In this document: positions 26,718-36,642 of the stretch, piece by piece | Layout of the letters: every line of letters starts with the position of its first letter | Position numbering within the stretch: the stretch's first letter is position 1 | Made by a program: the position numbers and the translations under genes | Origin: a virus | Lineage: Duplodnaviria > Caudoviricetes | Virus record (IMG/VR): IMGVR_UViG_3300025652_000041 | Span: 27,904 to 91,903 of that record | DNA length: 64,000 nt | Direction: 5' to 3' (one strand) | Notes under the pieces: generated by a model | The model's database searches: none | What the model was told of the DNA's origin: nothing | Seen by the model: only the letters and a program-made list of their open reading frames with translations

Positions 26718-27653
26718 ATGAAATTCTATTTGCTAACCTCTAATTCTTTAGAGAGTCTCATACGCAATAGTGAAATTATACATTCTGAAGATCTGGTAGT
26801 TGTCATCAATACTCGCGATGACAACTACCGTGACTACGCAGAAGAATATTGTATAGAAAACGATCTCGAATATTATATAACCCCTTCTGATGGCACTCCT
26901 GCCACCGGCAAGAATTCTGTGATCAAGTTATTTCTGGAAAGTGACAATGATTATATGGTTCAGATAGACGGTGATGATTTTATTACTCCTCTTGGATATA
27001 GATTGTATAAGTCAGTATCACAACACCCAACTCCTCCCGATATGATAGTTCACTATCGACAACCAAGAATAACTACTGGATTAGATCCGGACTACATTCT
27101 AAAATTGTGTGAAGATTTAACTAAGTTAACCGAAGAAGATATTAAACTGACCGAGTTGACATATCCCTGTGACAAATCGAATCCTCAATATGCAACCCAA
27201 GTTTATGAAACTCTCCTATGGCATTTTATGACAAGGGGACATATGGATGCGCCGACATCACACAAATGGTCTGTTGATAGAGTTGAGTTCAACCATCTCA
27301 TGAACAAATTTTCTGAGGTTAAAGAATATATGACTAGAATGGTTTTCTATTCTAGAAATATCGCTAAAGAAATTCATTTCGATAAAGAACTGATAATTGG
27401 AGAAGACACTCTACAGTTTTTGAAGGTGAAGAAAATGGCTCTTGACGGAAAATATAATGTGGTTCGTAGAAAAGAAAATCGTTACCCCACATATGTGACA
27501 ACTGAAAATGACCAATCGGTAACAAAGATCAGAAAAAATAGTTGGGAATGGATGAGACCACTTATCGATAAGATAAATATTCTCAAAGAAAGAAATGAAT
27601 TACCCCAACCTCATATGTCTTTACCAGAGTTTATAGATGATACTTACGCATAA
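26718..27653 (+). CDS. Glycosyltransferase GT-A (GT2-like)
   Basis: YMVQIDGDDF DxD motif; IGED. Confidence 0.6.
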   Translation: MKFYLLTSNSLESLIRNSEIIHSEDLVVVINTRDDNYRDYAEEYCIENDLEYYITPSDGTPATGKNSVIKLFLESDNDYMVQIDGDDFITPLGYRLYKSVSQHPTPPDMIVHYRQPRITTGLDPDYILKLCEDLTKLTEEDIKLTELTYPCDKSNPQYATQVYETLLWHFMTRGHMDAPTSHKWSVDRVEFNHLMNKFSEVKEYMTRMVFYSRNIAKEIHFDKELIIGEDTLQFLKVKKMALDGKYNVVRRKENRYPTYVTTENDQSVTKIRKNSWEWMRPLIDKINILKERNELPQPHMSLPEFIDDTYA

Positions 27654-27996
27654 AACATTTACAATATACGCAGCGAAGAACTATTACAATCCCACTTGTA
27701 TCGATAGTGAAGAGTTCTTTAATGACATTAAAAGATTCAAGTATATAAAACGACTGTTGAATAAGTACACACTTTCTGGTGAGTTGTCGGAGAGACTGGT
27801 ACTGAATCATTTGATAGTTATATTTAACTGTTGGGGATTCGAATCTGGTATTGAGATGCTTGCACTCAAGATTGATCCTCCACACTGGAATGCACTTAAA
27901 CCATTCCTAATATTCTTGAAAGCAATAGACATCAACCAAGACCTGACAGGTATCAGTCTTGATCCGGTGATTGTTGAAAAACTGAGAATGATATGA
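27637..27996 (+). CDS. Conserved T4-like phage protein
   Basis: YAAKNYYNP..EFFNDIKRFKYIKRL..ERLVLNHLI. Confidence 0.7.
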   Translation: MILTHKTFTIYAAKNYYNPTCIDSEEFFNDIKRFKYIKRLLNKYTLSGELSERLVLNHLIVIFNCWGFESGIEMLALKIDPPHWNALKPFLIFLKAIDINQDLTGISLDPVIVEKLRMI

Positions 27997-28439
27997 TATC
28001 CCCCACAGAATCTCGATGCGGAGATTGTACCGTTTGTTGTGAGATCATGGGATATACCGGTGAGTGGAGTTTTGCAGATAAGTACAAAGAAGCTAATAAG
28101 TATGGTGTAGTGTATGGTGAGTGGAGTTCATGCAATAAACTCTGTGAAACTGGATGTTCGATCCAAGAAGACAAACCACGTATTTGTGATGAGTTCTTCT
28201 GCCACTTCATAAAACATGATCTGGAGGATGAATATAGACCCGATAAATTCGGGTTTGTCGCACGTACCAAAAAAGGTGTCGTTGATATATTATCTACGGA
28301 TAAAACATTACCACCAGAAATACAATACGATAACAACAAAAAAATGTTAGATAACCTAATAGATGACGTGTCTTTATTTGAAGGAACACTCTACGAGGTA
28401 CATCTATTTACATCACAGGGGTCGATGAAACTAAGATGA
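27993..28439 (+). CDS. YkgJ-like CxxCxxCC metal-cluster protein
   Basis: CGDCTVCC...C...CSIQEDKPRICDEFFC. Confidence 0.7.
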   Translation: MISPTESRCGDCTVCCEIMGYTGEWSFADKYKEANKYGVVYGEWSSCNKLCETGCSIQEDKPRICDEFFCHFIKHDLEDEYRPDKFGFVARTKKGVVDILSTDKTLPPEIQYDNNKKMLDNLIDDVSLFEGTLYEVHLFTSQGSMKLR

Positions 28440-29830
28440 AATTTTTTATATGTGAAGATAATAACAAATTTTTTCAACCACCATTTTCCGTAAAGAGTTA
28501 TGGCAAGTGGCATTTCTTCCATGACGATAAAGTGAAACTCTATGAGGGTAATGGTTATATTGTTCTCTATTGTGGGTACTTGATAGAAGGTGATATCGAA
28601 GGAGCTTGTGAACGATGGAGTTTCGATGATGAGAATGGTAATTTCTTTGCAATCAAATTAACCGAGTCGGAATTTGATATATCTGTCGATTACTTCCAGA
28701 ATCATAAAATATTCACTGCATCAAAGTATGGTCAAGAGATTAGTAACTATCTTCCTTATATGACAATCAAAGAAGGTGATGTCTGTAGAAGTGGTCTAGA
28801 ATATGACCAACATGCTCGAGAGTTTTCCGAAAAACAGAATACGACATTCTACGATCATATCAATTCCTACATTCCTCCTTATGATTATGTGGGTGACTGT
28901 AGACGTGCATTAGAAGAAGAACAATGGACTGACCCCGAAGCACTTGCTGAATATATCCATGAATGTATGGAACAACACTCGAATCTAATTAAGTCTCGTT
29001 ATGAAAACCGGTTCATCTCTTTAAGTGAGGGAATGGATTCTGCACTCCAATCCCAATATTTTCGTGATGATCCACAGTACATGTATAGTATAGATTTGTG
29101 TTATGCGGGAGAGGATGGTAAAAAATATAAGGATATAACCGCTAAGAACTTTTCTGATGTCACTAATGAAGTGATGACAGTGGATGGTTTTGGTTGGGCG
29201 ACCCGAAAATTTCTGAAAGACAGTTCTACCAGATGGGCCACCATTCTACCAACAATGAAACAGATTTTTGAATCTGGAGATCCTGATATTGTACTGTATG
29301 GTGTAAACGGTGACGAGATGTTTCTCCGTGATTTGATACCACATATGCACCTGTTGATGGTAAGTATGAAAGGAGAGGACAATCTTAAAGAATCCCTCCA
29401 AAAGAATCTGGATAAAAAGAAAGATCATTATGGTGCCAGTTATACTCTAGGAGATCATAAAACTCCCCAAACATACATCGATGCATGGATGGAAAAATGG
29501 ATTACCGAAGATATAGATTGGGATGCGGCCGAATATAACATGTTGAAACTCTTAACTCCTAAGTTATACACTCGTGCAATAAGTGCCAATAATGATGTGA
29601 TTGCCGCATCACTATATAATGATAGAAGAATATACCACGAAGTTTTCAAGACATCGATGTCATTTCTTTTGGGGAATTCTATGGATTCACCTATCCAAAG
29701 AAAGATATTAGAGAAGTTCAACTACACATTTATCACACCCCATAAAGATGTCTTGTATTGTGATTATCAAGGTATTTTCAACAATATAAAAATGGCGACA
29801 CGTAGAAGAGATTTTGAACAGTTGATCTAG
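28436..29830 (+). CDS. Asparagine-synthetase-like ATP pyrophosphatase
   Basis: SLSEGMDS PP-loop variant and GVNGDEMF. Confidence 0.65.
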   Translation: MKFFICEDNNKFFQPPFSVKSYGKWHFFHDDKVKLYEGNGYIVLYCGYLIEGDIEGACERWSFDDENGNFFAIKLTESEFDISVDYFQNHKIFTASKYGQEISNYLPYMTIKEGDVCRSGLEYDQHAREFSEKQNTTFYDHINSYIPPYDYVGDCRRALEEEQWTDPEALAEYIHECMEQHSNLIKSRYENRFISLSEGMDSALQSQYFRDDPQYMYSIDLCYAGEDGKKYKDITAKNFSDVTNEVMTVDGFGWATRKFLKDSSTRWATILPTMKQIFESGDPDIVLYGVNGDEMFLRDLIPHMHLLMVSMKGEDNLKESLQKNLDKKKDHYGASYTLGDHKTPQTYIDAWMEKWITEDIDWDAAEYNMLKLLTPKLYTRAISANNDVIAASLYNDRRIYHEVFKTSMSFLLGNSMDSPIQRKILEKFNYTFITPHKDVLYCDYQGIFNNIKMATRRRDFEQLI

Positions 29831-29845
29831 TTAAATAATTTTAGG

Positions 29846-29853
29846 TATAAATA
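29846..29853 (+). promoter_or_regulatory. T4-type late promoter
   Basis: TATAAATA 5 nt before the 29859 ATG, so possibly a leaderless transcript. Confidence 0.7.
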
Positions 29854-29858
29854 GAAAC

Positions 29859-30452
29859 ATGGGAATATTAAAATCAGCAGCAGACCTCGTATACACGATA
29901 CGTTTCTTGAAACTGTTAGTCACACCGTTTGACAAAACAGATGCATTCAAGGCAGGTATCATAGACGAAGATGGTCAAAAGAACAAAGACTTCAACCTGA
30001 ACTCTATGGATGATCGGGAAGCTTACCGTTCGTATTACACTCCGTTCCACAGACTTGTTTTCAATTTAAAACGTCTGATGGCAAAGGTGCCTGGCGGACA
30101 GTCGGTTGTTGCACGTTATGGTGCGGCACTCGCACTCATCAAAGAACATGGTGAACTCTCTGACAAGAACTTAAACAAGATTCATACTGAGACTGGTATT
30201 GATGTTCTGGACTGTCTCGCCGAAGAAACTAAGTGGTTTATGTTAGAAGGCAATGAACTATCGCCTGGCATATACAAAATGAAGAATGAATCAATCACCA
30301 CTAAGTGTGAAGAAATTGTGAAGAAAGGTGATCAAATTAGAATCTCAAAGACTCATCCAATCGATGAAGTACTCGGTCTACAGATTTACGAAGCAACACA
30401 TTTGAAGTCCAACCAGAATCTATATATTACTACTGCTGAGATAACCAAATGA
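29859..30452 (+). CDS. Conserved T4-like phage late protein
   Basis: YTIRFLKLLVTPF..AFKAGIIDEDG..FHRLVFNLKRL. Confidence 0.7.
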   Translation: MGILKSAADLVYTIRFLKLLVTPFDKTDAFKAGIIDEDGQKNKDFNLNSMDDREAYRSYYTPFHRLVFNLKRLMAKVPGGQSVVARYGAALALIKEHGELSDKNLNKIHTETGIDVLDCLAEETKWFMLEGNELSPGIYKMKNESITTKCEEIVKKGDQIRISKTHPIDEVLGLQIYEATHLKSNQNLYITTAEITK

Positions 30453-31078
30453 CTTTACAAGATAAGTTCGATGAACACTTCCCCAACTTGAAGGTGAGGG
30501 AAGGTCATATGTTATTGACGGATATTACCGTAGAAGCGTTCACCTCTATCTTTGATACTATTGCACCCAAAAAAATACTAGAGATAGGATTTAATGCGGG
30601 ACATTCCGCATTTTGTTTTCTGGAAGTACTCCCCGAAACAGTAGTACATTCTCTTGACTTGGGTAGACACAACTATACTCGACCATGCGCTCAGAAATTA
30701 AAATCCATATTCGGAGAAAGGTTTAAGTTTGGTATAAAAGATTCACACCATCTAATTCCGGATAATATCATAGGTGAAAATTATGATATGGTATATATTG
30801 ATGGGGATCATAGTATAGAAGGTATAATGAACGACTATGGCTTATGCAATAAGTCCGAGATTGAGTGGATCTTAATAGATGATGTTAACCTCTTTCGACA
30901 CATTGAAGCATTAGTAGATCATGTCCATACAAGTTCCCATCATCCGTATCGGATAGCGGCAACATTACAATTTGATAATAACCAACTGATCAAGAATCCC
31001 CAAGCGAAAATAAATGATAGGATGACAACAGCTATGTTACTACAAAGAACAGGAACTACCGATGAAAACGTTCAATAA
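30449..31078 (+). CDS. Class I SAM-dependent methyltransferase (Methyltransf_24-like)
   Basis: ILEIGFNAGHS and YIDGDH motifs. Confidence 0.8.
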   Translation: MTLQDKFDEHFPNLKVREGHMLLTDITVEAFTSIFDTIAPKKILEIGFNAGHSAFCFLEVLPETVVHSLDLGRHNYTRPCAQKLKSIFGERFKFGIKDSHHLIPDNIIGENYDMVYIDGDHSIEGIMNDYGLCNKSEIEWILIDDVNLFRHIEALVDHVHTSSHHPYRIAATLQFDNNQLIKNPQAKINDRMTTAMLLQRTGTTDENVQ

Positions 31079-31232
31079 ATTTAGCGAAGACACAACCACA
31101 TCTTCTGTAGTTGGTACCGGAGACGATTCCGATACTGTCATCGTCCGTAAGAAGTACGACAAGAAACGTAAACGTAAAGATCAAATTGCTATCCTCAAGC
31201 GATTGATGGGAAAGATCAACAAAACTTCTTGA
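31062..31232 (+). CDS. Small basic putative internal head protein (56 aa)
   Basis: MKTFNKFSE start; translated manually. Confidence 0.6.
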   Translation: MKTFNKFSEDTTTSSVVGTGDDSDTVIVRKKYDKKRKRKDQIAILKRLMGKINKTS

Positions 31233-31257
31233 CACCCCACCCCCACTCTGTTATAAT
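31229..31257 (+). promoter_or_regulatory. Consensus sigma70 promoter for the nrd operon
   Basis: TTGACA-17-TATAAT with extended TG. Confidence 0.8.
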
Positions 31258-31283
31258 TACCCCTATACATTAAGGAATATATC

Positions 31284-31649
31284 ATGAAAACGTTTGAACG
31301 TAAAGGGGTCAGTGTCTCTGTCTTTCAGGGAGACGAAGATCTGTCTGACCTACATATCCTACAAGACAATTTGGGACTGGCTGGTCTCGAAAAAAATAAG
31401 ATAATCTACGTATCTTTAGAAGGTACCGATGATAAATACCTTCACCCCGACAGATTTATAGTCAAAAATTACACCGCGTCTTTAATAAACCACTTCATGT
31501 GGGAGGGTTTACTGACGCAGAAAGAACAGGATGAACGATTATATCAGATGATAGATACCTTTATAGATACAGGTAAACAATATATCATTGAGGATTACGA
31601 GTTTGTTGAAGATGAACCATTTTACGATTACAGCGGCGGCAGAGAATAA
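31284..31649 (+). CDS. Hypothetical protein
   Basis: AAGGA SD; 121 aa. Confidence 0.6.
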   Translation: MKTFERKGVSVSVFQGDEDLSDLHILQDNLGLAGLEKNKIIYVSLEGTDDKYLHPDRFIVKNYTASLINHFMWEGLLTQKEQDERLYQMIDTFIDTGKQYIIEDYEFVEDEPFYDYSGGRE

Positions 31650-33632
31650 ATGAGAATAGATAAGAAGAAAGACGCTTTATTAGAAGATTATGCGATTGGT
31701 ATGTTGAAGGACTTTTACTTACAAGATGGTGAGAAGAGTCCACAAGAAGGTTTTTTACGTGCAGCGAAGGCTTGGTCAATCTACAAAGAAGAAATGGACG
31801 AAGACCTTGCAGAAAGACTTTATGGTTATGTTAGTAACAAGTGGTTTATGTATGCGTCTCCCGTTTTATCTAACGCACCTGTTGTTGGTAAGAAATCAAA
31901 GGCAATGCCTATCTCTTGTTTCCTTACCTATGTACCTGATACCCTAGAAGGATTGATCGAACACACCGCAGAACTGCGTTGGTTGTCGGTCATGGGGGGT
32001 GGTGTAGGGGGTCATTGGTCGGATGTCCGTACCGTGTCTGACGTTGCGCCTGGCCCTATGCCATTCATACATACCGTAGATGCTGACATGATTGCGTACC
32101 GTCAAGGTAAAACACGCAAAGGATCTTATGCTGCATATATGGATGTTTCGCACCCTGATATCATCGAGTTCCTGAACATGCGTATCCCTACGGGTGATGT
32201 ACAGCGTAAAGCATTGAACCTTCATAATGCAATTAATATCACCGATGAGTTCATGGAAGCAGTTAAGTCGAACAGTCAGTTCGATCTACGTGATCCAAAA
32301 GATAATGGGGTTAAAGAATCGATCAATGCACGTAAGTTATGGGAACGTATCTTAGAGACTCGATTCCGTACAGGTGAACCGTACTTGAACTTTATCGATA
32401 CTGCAAACCGTGATCTACCGCAACCACTGAAAGACTTGGGTCTCAAGATCAATGGTTCGAACTTATGTAATGAGATCCACCTTCCTACAAACGCAGATCG
32501 TACTGCGGTATGTTGTTTGTCGTCTTTGAATCTTGAATACTTTGATGACTGGAAAGATACTAACATTGTGGGTGATATCGTGCGAATGCTCGATAACGTC
32601 CTAGAATACTTTGTAGAGAATGCACCAGACTCGATCAGTCGTGCGAGATACAGTGCACAACGTGAACGATCTATTGGTTTGGGTGCGATGGGTTTCCATT
32701 CACTTCTCCAGAAACATGGAGTTGCATGGGAGTCTGATAAAGCACGTGAAATGAATGATGTTGTATTCTCACACATTAATATACAGGCAGTCGCAGAAAC
32801 ACAGAAACTGGCCCTAGAACGTGGCGAGTATCCTGATGGGTTTGGTTCGGGTAGACGTAACAGTCACTTGATTGCGATTGCACCTAATGCATCATCTGGT
32901 GTTATTTTGAGTACAAGTCCTTCTATCGAACCATTGAAGGCATGTGCATATACACATCGTACTCGTGCGGGTAGTTTCTTGGTTAAGAACAAATACCTTG
33001 ATCGACTACTTACCGAGAAGGGTCAGAACAACGAATCGAACTGGACTTCTATTATCACTAATAAAGGTTCGGTACAACATCTTCCGTTTTTGACCGAAGG
33101 TGAGAAGTCTATATTTAAGACCGCACAAGAGTTAGATCAGAACTGGGTAGTACAACACGCAGCTGATAGACAGAAGTATATCTGTCAGGGTCAGTCGGTG
33201 AACGTATTCTTCCCTGCTGGTGCACCTAAATCATACGTGAATAAGGTACATCTCAAGGCGTGGAAGGAAGGTCTTAAAGGTCTATACTATCTACGCACCG
33301 AGGCAAAGTCTCGTGCAGAGAATGTATCGGAGAAGGTAGAACGTGTTGCATTACAAGAAGATAGTCGCAGTATAGTATACGGTATTCCCAACTGTCCGTT
33401 CTGTGAACTTGCAAAGGAAGAATTGACCTTACGCGGTATTAATTATGACTATATCGATTTGAAAGAAATTGGTAAGTCTGCGGCTGAAGTGACTGGTCGT
33501 AGTGTTAAGACTGTTCCACAGATCTATATCCAAGGCAACTATGTCGGTGGTTACGAAGAACTGATGTTGTTCTTGGGTAATGCGGACTCACCAGCACAAG
33601 AAGATAATGAGTGTAGAGCTTGCGAAGGTTAG
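31650..33632 (+). CDS. nrdA: Ribonucleotide reductase class Ia alpha subunit with C-terminal glutaredoxin domain
   Basis: ISCF, SNLCNEI, IAPNASS, LYYLR; CPFC..TVPQI glutaredoxin; terminal CRAC. Confidence 0.95.
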   Translation: MRIDKKKDALLEDYAIGMLKDFYLQDGEKSPQEGFLRAAKAWSIYKEEMDEDLAERLYGYVSNKWFMYASPVLSNAPVVGKKSKAMPISCFLTYVPDTLEGLIEHTAELRWLSVMGGGVGGHWSDVRTVSDVAPGPMPFIHTVDADMIAYRQGKTRKGSYAAYMDVSHPDIIEFLNMRIPTGDVQRKALNLHNAINITDEFMEAVKSNSQFDLRDPKDNGVKESINARKLWERILETRFRTGEPYLNFIDTANRDLPQPLKDLGLKINGSNLCNEIHLPTNADRTAVCCLSSLNLEYFDDWKDTNIVGDIVRMLDNVLEYFVENAPDSISRARYSAQRERSIGLGAMGFHSLLQKHGVAWESDKAREMNDVVFSHINIQAVAETQKLALERGEYPDGFGSGRRNSHLIAIAPNASSGVILSTSPSIEPLKACAYTHRTRAGSFLVKNKYLDRLLTEKGQNNESNWTSIITNKGSVQHLPFLTEGEKSIFKTAQELDQNWVVQHAADRQKYICQGQSVNVFFPAGAPKSYVNKVHLKAWKEGLKGLYYLRTEAKSRAENVSEKVERVALQEDSRSIVYGIPNCPFCELAKEELTLRGINYDYIDLKEIGKSAAEVTGRSVKTVPQIYIQGNYVGGYEELMLFLGNADSPAQEDNECRACEG

Positions 33633-34408
33633 TAGTATTTGGAGATAGTTTTGTAGAAGGTTACAATGCCATGCCTGAAGTGAAAGTGACACGTTTCAAT
33701 ATGTGTCACTTTTTAGAAAGGGAACTTGGTGTAGAAGTTGTCAACTGCGGAAGGAGAGGGGCTGGCAACGCATCTATCGCAAACAAAATATTCAGATATA
33801 TACAGTCCAACGATATGACCAACACATCGATCTTGGTGGTTTGGTCTGGGGTAGATAGGTCTATGGAATTGAATCATGAGTATATAACTACTGATGACAA
33901 GTTCATGGACTTTGATTATCTCGACTATATAGTTGGTGGAACAAGACAGTTCGAGAAAGAAAGACTTGAACTTGAAGAGTATCGAAATATGTCTACACTA
34001 CGATTGCAGTCAGAAATCTCATACCATTCGGTAAGAATGATTTGCCAAGACTATGATGTACCTGTTATAATGACCAATAGTTTCGATAATACTCTGATCG
34101 AAAGGAAACGAATGTATCAGAAAAGAGTCCGAGACATTAATTTTATTCACGGTAAAATAAAAGACTGTTGGATAGAACCAGAACACTCCTCTAATACTTT
34201 ACTTGATATAATTATAGGTGAGTGGTTAGAAGAAATAGATGACAAACCAATGTGGATACCCCAAAGGGTAGAAAGAGCAAAACATATAATTAGGTCAGAC
34301 CCTAGTAAATATCCTAATATTACACTTTGTATTCACCCGTCTGATTCGGGTAATGAACTTATAGCAAAAACATTAACACCATATATACTACCAATATTAC
34401 AGGAATAA
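33620..34408 (+). CDS. SGNH/GDSL hydrolase-like protein
   Basis: VVFGDSF, GAGN and IHPS blocks. Confidence 0.7.
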   Translation: MRRLVVFGDSFVEGYNAMPEVKVTRFNMCHFLERELGVEVVNCGRRGAGNASIANKIFRYIQSNDMTNTSILVVWSGVDRSMELNHEYITTDDKFMDFDYLDYIVGGTRQFEKERLELEEYRNMSTLRLQSEISYHSVRMICQDYDVPVIMTNSFDNTLIERKRMYQKRVRDINFIHGKIKDCWIEPEHSSNTLLDIIIGEWLEEIDDKPMWIPQRVERAKHIIRSDPSKYPNITLCIHPSDSGNELIAKTLTPYILPILQE

Positions 34409-34410
34409 AA

Positions 34411-35406
34411 ATGGCACTACTAGATTTTTCGAAGACGTACAAACCCTTCCAATACCCATGGGCTGTAGAACTGACAAAGAAACACGAAGAGATTCACTGG
34501 GTTGAGGACGAGGCAGAACTGTCCGAAGATATTCAAGACTGGAGAACCAAACTCACCGAACAAGAGAAAGAGTTCATCACTCAGGTACTACGATTGTTCA
34601 CTCAGTCGGATGTGCAGGTAGGCGAGAACTATCACGAACTGTTGATCCCTAAGTTTAAGAACAATGAGATCCGTAACATGTTGTCATCCTTTGCAAACCG
34701 CGAAGGTGTACACCAACGTGCGTATGCATTGTTGAATGATACTCTGGGTCTGCCAGACGAAGAACACTCTGCCTTTATGGAATACAAAGAGATGGCAGAC
34801 AAGATTGACTTCATGAAAGAGGGTAACATCAACTCTCACACAGGTCTTGCACTTGTACTTGCACAGTCTGTATTCAATGAAGGTATGAGTCTGTTTGCAT
34901 CATTCGTAATGTTGTTGAACTTCCAACGTTTCGGTAAGATGAAAGGTATGGGTACAATCGTTGAGTGGTCTATTCGTGATGAGACTATGCACGTACAAGG
35001 TAATGCGAAGTTGTTCCGTGAGTTCTGTGAAGAACATCCACGTGTAGTAAACGATGAACTGAAGTCTAAAGTATACGAGATGGCAAAGAATGCTGTTAAG
35101 TTGGAAGATAGATTCATCAAACTTGCATATAAGTCCGGTACCATCGAAGGATTGACTGAAGCAGATGTTAAAGCATATATCCGTCATATCGCAGACAGAC
35201 GTTTGTTGCAACTTGGTATGAAGCCTAACTTCAAGGTCAAGGATAATCCACTCCCTTGGTTAGACTGGGTACTGAACGGTGCATCACATGACAACTTCTT
35301 TGAGAAACGTGTTACCGAATACTCTGTAAATGGTATGGATGGTGATTGGGATTGGGAAGAAGAACCACAGGTCTGTGGTCTAGACGGCGAGGGGTGCGCT
35401 GCATGA
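34411..35406 (+). CDS. nrdB: Ribonucleotide reductase beta subunit
   Basis: REGVHQRAY, EGMSLF, IRDETMH, NFFEKRVTEY. Confidence 0.95.
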   Translation: MALLDFSKTYKPFQYPWAVELTKKHEEIHWVEDEAELSEDIQDWRTKLTEQEKEFITQVLRLFTQSDVQVGENYHELLIPKFKNNEIRNMLSSFANREGVHQRAYALLNDTLGLPDEEHSAFMEYKEMADKIDFMKEGNINSHTGLALVLAQSVFNEGMSLFASFVMLLNFQRFGKMKGMGTIVEWSIRDETMHVQGNAKLFREFCEEHPRVVNDELKSKVYEMAKNAVKLEDRFIKLAYKSGTIEGLTEADVKAYIRHIADRRLLQLGMKPNFKVKDNPLPWLDWVLNGASHDNFFEKRVTEYSVNGMDGDWDWEEEPQVCGLDGEGCAA

Positions 35407-35549
35407 AATTAAGATATGAAAACATCTGTCCTATATGTGACATAGAAAGTACTATCATAGTACACTACGTTGACGATAGACCACAACACTGTCCTATGTG
35501 TGGTGAAGATGCGGAATTAGAACAGATTGAAGGAGTTGAAGAAGATTGA
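35403..35549 (+). CDS. Small zinc-ribbon protein
   Basis: CPIC...CPMCG. Confidence 0.65.
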   Translation: MKLRYENICPICDIESTIIVHYVDDRPQHCPMCGEDAELEQIEGVEED

Positions 35550-35887
35550 TTTCTACCTTCCTAAAATCCAAATTGCATATGGGAACCGTCACTGACTGTG
35601 AGTTATGGTATGACGGTTCTGTTGCTATTGATGAAGATTTGGTTGTTGCCGCAGGGATGCGGGAGTATGAACAAATTGATATCTATAACGCAACTAACGG
35701 AAAACGTTGGACTACTTACATAATACTTGCACCCAAGGGTTCGGGCACTATTTCCGTGAATGGGCCCGGTGCGCGTAATGCAATGGTGGGTGATCGTGTA
35801 GTTCTTTGTACATATGTATCTGTTGATGCGCACATGTTTACCCCCAATCAGATATATCTGAATACAGACAATACCATCATAAGTTAA
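35546..35887 (+). CDS. panD: Aspartate 1-decarboxylase (pyruvoyl-dependent)
   Basis: KSKLH, YDG/S self-cleavage site at residues 24-25, TTYII, NGPGA. Confidence 0.88.
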   Translation: MISTFLKSKLHMGTVTDCELWYDGSVAIDEDLVVAAGMREYEQIDIYNATNGKRWTTYIILAPKGSGTISVNGPGARNAMVGDRVVLCTYVSVDAHMFTPNQIYLNTDNTIIS

Positions 35888-35937
35888 GTGTCTTATATAT
35901 AAGTCATTAGACCCCTTAATGGCAGTTATATAAGACA

Positions 35938-36396
35938 ATGTGGTACATCAAGAATACAGAATACAATCCTACCGAAGACGAACTCAGCGAATACGTTGGG
36001 TTCGTTTATCTTATTACAGAACGTGATACCGGAAAGAAATATGTCGGTAAGAAGTTCTTCTGGTCTACTCGCAGACTACCACCATTAAAAGGTCAGAAAC
36101 GGAAACGCAAGGTTACCAAACAATCTGACTGGATGGACTACTATGGGTCATCCGAAGAACTCAAATTACTGGTAGAAAAGAAAGGTGGTGAAGCATACTA
36201 CCGAGAGATACTACACCTCTGCAAAACCAAAGGTGAGTGTTCCTACCTCGAAGCTAAAGAACAATTCGACCGTGACGTTCTGTTACGGGACGACTACTAC
36301 AATGCGTTTATTGGATGTAAGATTCACGCAAAGCACCTCCCCAAGACACTAGTCCAATCCGGACATCAAATAGAACCTTGGCACAATCGACCATAG
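35938..36396 (+). CDS. GIY-YIG-family nuclease
   Basis: GFVYLIT..KKYVGKK..YYGSS..YYN. Confidence 0.75.
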   Translation: MWYIKNTEYNPTEDELSEYVGFVYLITERDTGKKYVGKKFFWSTRRLPPLKGQKRKRKVTKQSDWMDYYGSSEELKLLVEKKGGEAYYREILHLCKTKGECSYLEAKEQFDRDVLLRDDYYNAFIGCKIHAKHLPKTLVQSGHQIEPWHNRP

Positions 36397-36433
36397 TTAT
36401 ACCCACTATTCATGAAATAAATGATAATAGTTG

Positions 36434-36462
36434 TTGACTTCTTGTTATGATTATGAGATAAT
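36434..36462 (+). promoter_or_regulatory. Early promoter cassette copy
   Basis: 29-mer identical to the copies at 4632 and 4902. Confidence 0.8.
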
Positions 36463-36495
36463 ACTTGTACAGATTGAGTTGAGAGAGATTATATT

Positions 36496-36642
36496 ATGAA
36501 TGACGAACTTGCCGAACTATCCATCCTTTGGAATGACCTCGCTATGTTGCTTGACGCCCAAGAGTGTTACAACGAGAGGTACTATAATTCAGAGTACAAG
36601 AGAATCATTGGTCGCATAAATGAAATTGGAGGTGTGAAATAA
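36496..36642 (+). CDS. Small early protein, paralog of 4959-5096
   Basis: Manual translation MNDELAELSILWNDL... Confidence 0.6.
   Translation: MNDELAELSILWNDLAMLLDAQECYNERYYNSEYKRIIGRINEIGGVK

Noticed and set aside
35938-36396. GIY-YIG ORF as a mobile homing endonuclease or intron
   Set aside because: Only the short catalytic domain with no DNA-binding extension, and the flanking genes are uninterrupted
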